DNA of 64,000 nt, taken from contig CAXHJY010000096.1 of assembly GCA_964016885.1 (NCBI GenBank), forward strand, positions 868,001 through 932,000. The letters run 5' to 3'. Positions 1-10,605 of this stretch are shown one piece after another (within the stretch, counting starts at the first letter, position 1; every line of letters starts with the position of its first letter). The translations under genes and the position numbers were made by a program. The notes beneath the pieces were generated by a model. It saw nothing but the letters and a program-made list of their open reading frames with translations, was not told the origin of the DNA and ran no database searches. Source of the DNA: Eledone cirrhosa (lineage: Eukaryota).

Positions 1-2481
1 ATTTGTAAAAAAATCAGGGGGAGATAATTTGTAAAAAATATCAGGGAGATAATTTGTAAAAAAAAATCAGGGGGAGATAATTTGTAAAAAAAATCAGGGG
101 GAGATAATTTGTAAAAAAAAATCAGGGGGAGATAATTTGTAAAAAAAATCAAGGGGAGATAATTTCCAGCCGTCCAAGGGGAGATAATTTTCAGCCGTCC
201 AAGGGGAGATAATTTCCCGCCAGCCAAGGGAAGATAATATTTAAAAAAATCAGGCGGAGATAATTTGTAAAAAAAATCAGGGGGAGATAATTTGTAAAAA
301 AATCAGGGGGAGATAATTTGTAAAAAAAAAATCAGGGGGAGATAATTTGTAAAAAAAATCAGGGGGAGATAATTTGTAAAAAAAAATCAGGGGTAGATAA
401 TTTGTAAACAAAAATCAGGGGGAGATAATTTGTAAAAAAAAATCAGGGGGAGATAATTTGTAAAAAAAATGAAAGGGGAGATAATATCCAGCCGTCCAAG
501 GGGAGATAATTTCCAGCCGTCCAAGGGGATATAATTTCCAGCCGTCCAAGGGGAGATAATTTCCATCCTTCCAAGGGGATATAATTTCCAGCCGTCCAAG
601 GGGAGATAATTTCCCGCCAGCCAAGGGAAGATAATTTTTAAAAAAATCAGGCGGAGATTGTAAAAAAAATCAGGGGGGAGATAATTTGTAAAAAAATCAG
701 GGGGAGATAATTTGTAAAAAATAATCAGGGGGAGATAATTTGTAAAAAAATTCAAGGGGAGATAATTTCCAGCCGTCCAAGGGGAGATAATTTCCCGCCA
801 GCCAAGGGAAGATAATATTTAAAAAAATTAGGCGGAGATAATTTGTAAAAAAAATCAGGGATAGATAATTTGTAAAAAAATCAGGGGGAGATAATTTGTA
901 AAAAAAATCAGGGGGAGATAATTTGTAAAAAAAATCATGGGGAGATAATTTGTAAAAAAAAATCAGGGGTAGATAATTTGTAAAAAAAAATCAGGGGGAG
1001 ATAATTTGTAAAAAAAAATCAGGGGGAGATAATTTGTAAAAAAAATCAAGGGGAGATAATATCCAGCCGTCCAAGGAGAGATAATTTAAAAAAAAAATGA
1101 GGCGGAGATAATTTGTAAAAAAAAAATCAGGGGGAGTTAATTTGTAAAAAAAAATGAGGGGGAGATAATTTGTAAAAAAAATCAAGGGGAGATAATTTCC
1201 AGCCGTCCAAGGGGAGATAATTTTCAGCCGTCCAAGGAGAGGTAATTTCTAGCCGTCCAAGGGGAGATAATTTCCAGCCGTCCAAGGGGAGGTAATTTCC
1301 AGCCGTCCAAGGGGAGATAATTTTTAAAAAAAAATCAGGCGGAGATAATTTGTAAAAAAAATCAAGGGGAGATAATTTGCAGCCGTCCAAGGGGAGATAA
1401 TTTTCAGTCGTCCAAGGAGAGGTAATTTCTAGCCGTCCAAGGGGAGATAATTTCCAGCCGTCCAAGGGGAGATAATTTCCAGCCGTCCAAGGGGAGATAA
1501 TTTTTTTTAAAAAATCAGGCGGAGATAATTTGTAAAAAAAATCAGGGGGAGATAATTTGTAAACAAAATCAGGGGGAGATAATTTGTAAAAAAAAATCAG
1601 GGGGAGATAATTTGTAAAAAAAATTAGGCGTAGATAATTTGTAAAAAAAAATCAGGGGGAGATAATTTGTAAAAAAAAATCAGGGGGAGATAATTTGTTT
1701 AAAAAATCAAGGGGAGATAATTTGCAGCCGTCCAAGGGGAGATAATTTTCAGCCGTCCAAGGAGAGGTAATTTCTAGCCGTTCAAGGGGAGATAATTTCC
1801 AGCCGTCCAAGGGGAGATAATTTCCAGCCGTCCAAGGGGAGATAATTTTTTTTAAAAAATCAGGCGGAGATAATTTGTAAAAAAAAATCAGGGGGAGATA
1901 ATTCGTAAAAAAAAATCAGGGGGAGTTAATTTGTAAAAAAAAATCAGGGGGAGATAATTTGTAAAAAAAATCAAGGGGAGATAATTTCCAGCCGTCCAAG
2001 GGGAGGTAATATCTAGCCGTCCAAGGGGAGATAATTTCCAGCCGTCCAAGGGGAGATAATTTCCAGCCGTCCAAGGGGAGATAATTTCCAGCCGTCCAAG
2101 GAGACATATTTTCCAGCCGTCCAAGGCGAGGTAATTTCTAGCCGTCCAAGGGGAGATTAATTCCAGCCTCCAAGGGGAGATAATTTCCAGCCAGCCAAGG
2201 GGAGATAATTTGTAAAAAAATCAGGGGGAGATAATTTGTAAAAAATATCAGGGAGATAATTTGTAAAAAAAAATCAGGGGGAGATAATTTGTAAAAAAAA
2301 TCAGGGGGAGATAATTTGTAAAAAAAAATCAGGGGGAGATAATTTGTAAAAAAAATCAAGGGGAGATAATTTCCAGCCGTCCAAGGGGAGATAATTTTCA
2401 GCCGTCCAAGGAGAGGTAATTTCTAACCGTCCGAGGAGAGATAATTTCCAGCCGTCCAAGGGGAGATAATTTCCAGCCGTC

Positions 2482-2580
2482 CAAGGAGACATATTTTCCA
2501 GCCGTCCAAGGAGAGGTAATTTCTAGCCGTCCAAGGGGAGATAAATTCCAGCCTCCAAGGGGAGATAATTTCCAGCCAGC
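2482..2580 (+). repeat. Conserved four-monomer cassette ending long B runs (representative copy; many others across the window)
   Basis: Fixed order caaggagacatattttccagccgtc, caaggagaggtaatttctagccgtc, caaggggagataaattccagcctc, caaggggagataatttccagccagc, then an A run. Also at about 2100, 3950, 5260, 6095, 6785, 7600, 8110, 8610, 9200 and 10495. Confidence 0.88.
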
Positions 2581-3269
2581 CAAGGGGAGATAATTTGTAA
2601 AAAAATCAGGGGGAGATAATTTGCAAAAAAAATCAGGGGGAGATAATTTGTAAAAAAAATCAGGGGGAGATAATTTGTAAAAAATAATCAGGGGGAGATA
2701 ATTTCCAGCCGTCCAAGGGAAGATAATTTCCAGCCCTCCAAGGGGCTATAATTTCCAGTGTCCAAGGGGAGATAATTTCCAGCCAGAGAAGGGGAGATAA
2801 TTTTTTTTAAAAAATCATTGGGAGATTTGTAAAAAAAATCAGGGGGAGATAATTTGCAAAAAAAATCAGGGGGAGATAATTTGTAAAAAAAAATCAGGGG
2901 TAGATAATTTGTAAAAAAAAATCAGGGGGAGATAATTTGTAAAAAAAAATCAGGGGGAGATAATTTGTAAAAAAAATCAAGGGGAGATAATTTCCAGCCG
3001 TCCAAGGAGAGAAAATTTTAAAAAAAATCAGGCGGAGATAATTTGTAAAAAAAAATCAGGGGGAGATAATTTGTAAAAAAAATCAGGGGGAGATAATTTG
3101 TAAAAAAAAATCAGGGGTAGATAATTTGTAAAAAAAAATCAGGGGGAGATAATTTGTAAAAAAAAATCAGGGGGAGATAATTTGTAAAAAAAATCAAGGG
3201 GAGATAATTTCCAGCCGTCCAAGGAGAGATAATTTTAAAAAAAATCAGGCGGAGATAATTTGTAAAAAA

Positions 3270-6230
3270 AAATTAGGGGGAGATAATTTGTAAAAAAAAA
3301 TCAGGGGGAGATAATTTGTAAAAAAAATCAAGGGGAGATAATTTCCAGCCGTCCAAGGGGAGATAATTTTCAGCCGTCCAAGGGGAGATAATTTCCCGCC
3401 AGCCAAGGGAAGATAATATTCAAAAAAATCAGGCGGAGATAATTTGTAAAAAAAATCAGGGGGAGATAATTTGTAAAAAAATCAGGGGGAGATAATTTGT
3501 AAAAAAAAAAATCAGGGGGAGATAATTTGTAAAAAAAATCAGGGGGAGATAATTTGTAAAAAAAAATCAGGGGTAGATAATTTGTAAAAAAAAATCAGGG
3601 GGAGATAATTTGTAAAAAAAAATCAGGGGCAGATAATTTGTAAAAAAAATGAAAGGGGAGATAATATCCAGCCGTCCAAGGGGAGATAATTTCCAGCCGT
3701 CCAAGGGGAGATAATTTCCAGCCGTCCAAGGGGAGAAAATTTCCATCCTTCCAAGGGGATATAATTTCCAGCCGGCCAAGGGGAGATAATTTCCATCCTT
3801 CCAAGGGGATATAATTTCCAGCCGTCCAAGGGGAGATAATTTTCAGCCGTCCAAGGAGAGGTAATTTCTAGCCGTCCAAGGAGAGATAATTTCCAGCCGT
3901 CCAAGGGGAGATAATTTCCAGCCGTCCAAGGGGAGATAATTTCCAGCCGTCCAAGGAGACATATTTTCCAGCCGTCCAAGGAGAGGTAATTCCTAGCCGT
4001 CCAAGGGGAGATAAATTCCAGCCTCCAAGGGGAGATAATTTCCAGCCAGCCAAGGGGAGATAATTTGTAAAAAAAATCAGGGGGAGATAATTTCTAAAAA
4101 AAATCAGGGGGAGATAATTTGTAAAAAAAAATCAGGGGGAGATAATTTGTAAAAAATAATCAGGGGGAGATAATTTGTAAAAAAAATCAAGGGGAGATAA
4201 TTTCCAGCCGTCCAAGGGGAGATAATTTTCAGCCGTCCAAGGGGAGATAATTTCCCACCAGCCAAGGGAAGATAATATTTAAAAAAATTATGCGGAGATA
4301 ATTTGTAAAAAAAATCAGGGGGAGATAATTTGTAAAAAAATCAGGGGGAGATAATTTGTAAAAAAAATCAGGGGGAGATAATTTGTAAAAAAAATCAGGG
4401 GGAGATAATTTGTAAAAAAAAATCAGGGGTAGATAATTTGTAAAAAAAATCAGGGGGAGATAATTTGTAAAAAAAAATCAGGGGGAGATAATTTGTAAAA
4501 AAAATCAAGGGGAGATAATTTCCAGCCGTCCAAGGAGAGATAATTTTAAAAAAAATCAGGCGGAGATAATTTGTAAAAAAAAATCAGGGGGAGATAATTT
4601 GTAAAAAAAAATCAGGGGGAGATAATTTGTAAAAAAAATCAAGGGGAGATAATTTCCAGCCGTCCAAGGGGAGATAATTTTCAGCCGTCCAAGGGGAGAT
4701 AATTTCCCGCCAGCCAAGGGAAGATAATATTCAAAAAAATCAGGCGGAGATAATTTGTAAAAAAAATCAGGGGGAGATAATTTGTAAAAAAATCAGGGGG
4801 AGATAATTTGTAAAAAAAAAAATCAGGGGGAGATAATTTGTAAAAAAAATCAGGGGGAGATAATTTGTAAAAAAAAATCAGGGGTAGATAATTTGTAAAA
4901 AAAAATCAGGGGGAGATAATTTGTAAAAAAAAATCAGGGGGAGATAATTTGTAAAAAAAATGAAAGGGGAGATAATATCCAGCCGTCCAAGGGGAGATAA
5001 TTTCCAGCCGTCCAAGGAGAGATAATTTCCAGCCGTCCAAGGGGAGATAATTTCCATCCTTCCAAGGGGATATAATTTCCAGCCGTCCAAGGGGAGATAA
5101 TTTCCATCCTTCCAAGGGGATATAATTTCCAGCCGTCCAAGGGGAGATAATTTTCAGCCGTCCAAGGAGAGGTAATTTCTAGCCGTCCAAGGAGAGATAA
5201 TTTCCAGCCGTCCAAGGGGAGATAATTTCCAGCCGTCCAAGGGGAGATAATTTCCAGCCGTCCAAGGAGACATATTTTCCAGCCGTCCAAGGAGAGGTAA
5301 TTCCTAGCCGTCCAAGGGGAGATAAATTCCAGCCTCCAAGGGGAGATAATTTCCAGCCAGCCAAGGGGAGATAATTTGTAAAAAAAATCAGGGGGAGATA
5401 ATTTGTAAAAAAAATCAGGGGGAGATAATTTGTAAAAAAAAATCAGGGGGAGATAATTTGTAAAAAAAATCAAGGGGAGATAATTTCCAGCCGTCCAAGG
5501 GGAGATAATTTTCAGCCGTCCAAGGGGAGATAATTTCCCGCCAGCCAAGGGAAGATAATATTCAAAAAAATCAGGCGGAGATAATTTGTAAAAAAAATCA
5601 GGGGGAGATAATTTGTAAAAAAATCAGGGGGAGATAATTTGTAAAAAAAAAAATCAGGGGGAGATAATTTGTAAAAAAAATCAGGGGGAGATAATTTGTA
5701 AAAAAAAATCAGGGGTAGATAATTTGTAAAAAAAAATCAGGGGGAGATAATTTGTAAAAAAAAATCAGGGGGAGATAATTTGTAAAAAAAATGAAAGGGG
5801 AGATAATATCCAGCCGTCCAAGGGGAGATAATTTCCAGCCGTCCAAGGGGAGATAATTTCCAGCCGTCCAAGGGGAGATAATTTCCATCCTTCCAAGGGG
5901 ATATAATTTCCAGCCGTCCAAGGGGAGATAATTTCCATCCTTCCAAGGGGATATAATTTCCAGCCGTCCAAGGGGAGATAATTTTCAGCCGTCCAAGGAG
6001 AGGTAATTTCTAGCCGTCCAAGGAGAGATAATTTCCAGCCGTCCAAGGGGAGATAATTTCCAGCCGTCCAAGGGGAGATAATTTCCAGCCGTCCAAGGAG
6101 ACATATTTTCCAGCCGTCCAAGGAGAGGTAATTCCTAGCCGTCCAAGGGGAGATAAATTCCAGCCTCCAAGGGGAGATAATTTCCAGCCAGCCAAGGGGA
6201 GATAATTTGTAAAAAAAATCAGGGGGAGAT
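3270..6230 (+). repeat. Triplicated module with a long B run (double 'ccatccttcc'), offsets 1,311 and 831 bp. Repeated in HOR copies 2 and 3 (boundaries approximate)
   Basis: Landmarks 3567/4878/5709 and 3868/5179/6010. The same pattern is at 14172/15483/16314 and 57734/59045/59876. Confidence 0.85.
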
Positions 6231-7959
6231 AATTTGTAAAAAAATCAGGGGGAGATAATTTGTAAAAAAAATCAGGGGGAGATAATTTGTAAAAAAAATC
6301 AGGGGGAGATAATTTGTAAAAAAAAATCAGGGGTAGATAATTTGTAAAAAAAAATCAGGGGGAGATAATTTGTAAAAAAATCAAGGGGAGATAATTTCCA
6401 GCCGTCCAAGGGAAGATAATTTCCAGCCCTCCAAGGGGCTATAATTTCCAGCGTCCAAGGGGAGATAATTTCCAGCCAGCGAAGGGGAGATAATTTTTTT
6501 AAAAAAATCATTGGGAGATTTGTAAAAAAAATCAGGGGGAGATAATTTGTAAAAAAAATCAAGGGGAGATAATTTCCAGCCGTCCAAGGGGAGGTAATAT
6601 CTAGCCGTCCAAGGGTAGATAATTTCCAGCCGTCCAACGGGAGATAATTTCCAGCCGTCCAAGGGTAGATAATATCCAGCCGCCCAAGGACATATTTTCC
6701 AGCCGTCCAAGGAGAGGTAATTTCTAGCCGTCCAAGGGGAGATAATTTCCAGCCGTCCAAGGGTAGATAATATCCAGCCGTCCAAGGACATATTTTCCAG
6801 CCGTCCAAGGAGAGGTAATTTCTAGCCGTCCAAGGGGAGATAAATTCCAGCCTCCAAGGGGAGATAATTTCCAGCCAGCCAAGGGGAGATAATTTGTAAA
6901 AAAATCAGGGGGAGATAATTTGTAAAAAAAATCAGGGGGAGATAATTTGTAAAAAAAAATCAGGGGGAGATAATTTGTAAAAAAAAATCAGGGGGAGATA
7001 ATTTGCAAAAAAAATCAGGGGGAGATAATTTGTAAAAAAAAATCAGGGGTAGATAATTTGTAAAAAAAAATCAGGGGGAGATAATTTGTAAAAAAAAATC
7101 AGGGGGAGATAATTTGTAAAAAAAATCAAGGGGAGATAATTTCCAGCCGTCCAAGGAGAGATAATTTTAAAAAAAATCAGGCGGAGATAATTTGTAAAAA
7201 AAAATCAGGGGGAGATAATTTGTAAAAAAAAATCAGGGGGAGATAATTTGTAAAAAAAAATCAGGGGGAGATAATTTGTAAAAAAAATCAGGAGGAGATA
7301 ATTTGTAAAAAAAATCAAGGGGAGATAATTTCCAGCCGTCCAAGGAGAGATAATTTAAAAAAAAATCAGGCGGAGATAATTTGTAAAAAAAAATCAGGGG
7401 GAGATAATTTGTAAAAAAAAATCAGGGGGAGATAATTTGTAAAAAAAATCAAGGGGAGATAATTTCCAGCCGTCCAAGGGGAGATAATTTTCAGCCGTCC
7501 AAGGAGAGGTAATTTCTAACCGTCCGAGGAGAGATAATTTCCAGCCGTCCAAGGGGAGATAATTTCCAGCCGTCCAAGGGGAGATAATTTCCAGCCGTCC
7601 AAGGAGACATATTTTCCAGCCGTCCAAGGAGAGGTAATTTCTAGCCGTCCAAGGGGAGATAAATTCCAGCCTCCAAGGGGAGATAATTTCCAGCCAGCCA
7701 AGGGGAGATAATTTGTAAAAAAATCAGGGGGAGATAATTTGCAAAAAAAATCAGGGGGAGATAATTTGTAAAAAAAATCAGGGGGAGATAATTTGTAAAA
7801 AATAATCAGGGGGAGATAATTTCCAGCCGTCCAAGGGAAGATAATTTCCAGCCCTCCAAGGGGCTATAATTTCCAGTGTCCAAGGGGAGATAATTTCCAG
7901 CCAGCGAAGGGGAGATAATTTTTTTAAAAAAATCATTGGGAGATTTGTAAAAAAAATCA

Positions 7960-9550
7960 GGGGGAGATAATTTGTAAAAAAAATCAAGGGGAGATAATTT
8001 CCAGCCGTCCAAGGGGAGGTAATATCTAGCCGTCCAAGGGGAGATAATTTCCAGCCGTCCAAGGGGAGATAATTTCCAGCCGTCCAAGGGTAGATAATAT
8101 CCAGCCGCCCAAGGACATATTTTCCAGCCGTCCAAGGAGAGGTAATTTCTAGCCGTCCAAGGGGAGATAAATTCCAGCCTCCAAGGGGAGATAATTTCCA
8201 GCCAGCCAAGGGGAGATAATTTGTAAAAAAATCAGGGGGAGATAATTTGTAAAAAAAATCAGGGGGAGATAATTTGTAAAAAAAAATCAGGGGGAGATAA
8301 TTTGTAAAAAAAAATCAGGGGGAGATAATTTGCAAAAAAAATCAGGGGGAGATAATTTGTAAAAAAAAATCAGGGGTAGATAATTTGTAAAAAAAAATCA
8401 GGGGGAGATAATTTGTAAAAAAAAATCAGGGGGAGATAATTTGTAAAAAAAATCAAGGGGAGATAATTTGTAAAAAAAATCAAGGGGAGATAATTTCCAG
8501 CCGTCCAAGGGGAGGTAATATCTAGCCGTCCAAGGGGAGATAATTTCCAGCCGTCCAAGGGGAGATAATTTCCAGCCGTCCAAGGGTAGATAATATCCAG
8601 CCGCCCAAGGACATATTTTCCAGCCGTCCAAGGAGAGGTAATTTCTAGCCGTCCAAGGGGAGATAAATTCCAGCCTCCAAGGGGAGATAATTTCCAGCCA
8701 GCCAAGGGGAGATAATTTGTAAAAAAATCAGGGGGAGATAATTTGTAAAAAAAATCAGGGGGAGATAATTTGTAAAAAAAAATCAGGGGGAGATAATTTG
8801 TAAAAAAAAATCAGGGGGAGATAATTTGCAAAAAAAATCAGGGGGAGATAATTTGTAAAAAAAAATCAGGGGTAGATAATTTGTAAAAAAAAATCAGGGG
8901 GAGATAATTTGTAAAAAAAAATCAGGGGGAGATAATTTGTAAAAAAAATCAAGGGGAGATAATTTGTAAAAAAAATCAAGGGGAGATAATTTCCAGCCGT
9001 CCAAGGGGAGGTAATATCTAGCCGTCCAAGGGGAGATAATTTCCAGCCGTCCAACGGGAGATAATTTCCAGCCGTCCAAGGGTAGATAATATCCAGCCGC
9101 CCAAGGACATATTTTCCAGCCGTCCAAGGAGAGGTAATTTCTAGCCGTCCAAGGGGAGATAATTTCCAGCCGTCCAAGGGTAGATAATATCCAGCCGTCC
9201 AAGGACATATTTTCCAGCCGTCCAAGGAGAGGTAATTTCTAGCCGTCCAAGGGGAGATAAATTCCAGCCTCCAAGGGGAGATAATTTCCAGCCAGCCAAG
9301 GGGAGATAATTTGTAAAAAAATCAGGGGGAGATAATTTGTAAAAAAAATCAGGGGGAGATAATTTGTAAAAAAAAATCAGGGGGAGATAATTTGTAAAAA
9401 AAAATCAGGGGGAGATAATTTGCAAAAAAAATCAGGGGGAGATAATTTGTAAAAAAAAATCAGGGGTAGATAATTTGTAAAAAAAAATCAGGGGGAGATA
9501 ATTTGTAAAAAAAAATCAGGGGGAGATAATTTGTAAAAAAAATCAAGGGG
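7960..9550 (+). repeat. ~496-bp sub-HOR, about 3 tandem copies (the third carries an extra 98-bp four-monomer B module). Repeated at about 62.1-63.7 kb
   Basis: Landmarks 8209/8705, 8135/8631 and 8370/8866 are offset by +496. The third copy has the 'aaggacatatttt' module twice, 98 bp apart. Confidence 0.82.
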
Positions 9551-10605
9551 AGATAATTTCCAGCCGTCCAAGGAGATTATAATTTTAAAAAAAATCAGGC
9601 GGAGATAATTTGTAAAAAAAAATCAGGGGGAGATAATTTGTAAAAAAAAATCAGGGGGAGATAATTTGTAAAAAAAAATCAGGGGGAGATAATTTGTAAA
9701 AAAAATCAGGAGGAGATAATTTGTAAAAAAAATCAAGGGGAGATAATTTCCAGCCGTCCAAGGAGAGATAATTTAAAAAAAAATCAGGCGGAGATAATTT
9801 GTAAAAAAAAATCAGGGGGAGATAATTTGTAAAAAAATCAGGGGGAGATAATTTGTAAAAAAAATCAGGGGGAGATAATTTGTAAAAAAATTCATGGGGA
9901 GATAATTTGTAAAAAAAAATCAGGGGTAGATAATTTGTAAAAAAAAATCAGGGGGAGATAATTTGTAAAAAAAAATCAGGGGGAGATAATTTGTAAAAAA
10001 AATCAAGGGGAGATAATTTCCAGCCGTCCAAGGGGAGATAATTTTCAGCCGTCCAAGGAGAGGTAATTTCTAGCCGTCCAAGGGGAGATAATTTCCAGCC
10101 GTCCAAGGGGAGGTAATTTCCAGCCGTCCAAGGGGAGATAATTTTAAAAAAAAATCAGGCGGAGATAATTTGTAAAAAAAATCAAGGGGAGATAATTTGC
10201 AGCCGTCCAAGGGGAGATAATTTTCAGTCGTCCAAGGAGAGGTAATTTCTAGCCGTCCAAGGGGAGATAATTGCCAGCCGTCCAAGGGGAGATAATTTCC
10301 AGCCGTCCAAGGGGAGATAATTTTTTTTAAAAAATCAGGCGGAGATAATTTGTAAAAAAAATCAGGGGGAGATAATTTGTAAACAAAATCAGGGGGAGAT
10401 AATTTGTAAAAAAAAATCAGGGGGAGATAATTTGTAAAAAAAATCATGGAGAGATAATTTCCAGCCGTCCAAGGTGAGATAATTTCCAGCCGTCCAAGGA
10501 GACATATTTTCCAGCCGTCCAAGGCGAGGTAATTTCTAGCCGTCCAAGGGGAGATAAATTCCAGCCTCCAAGGGGAGATAATTTCCAGCCAGCCAAGTGG
10601 AGATA

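Larger units (their letters stand above)
1..10605 (+). repeat. Higher-order repeat unit, 10,605 bp (flank family), copy 1
   Basis: Position 1 matches position 10,606 onward. ORF-track landmarks recur at exactly +10,605 (387/10992, 1888/12493, 3567/14172, 4934/15539, 6299/16904). The unit phase is set by the window start. Confidence 0.93.
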
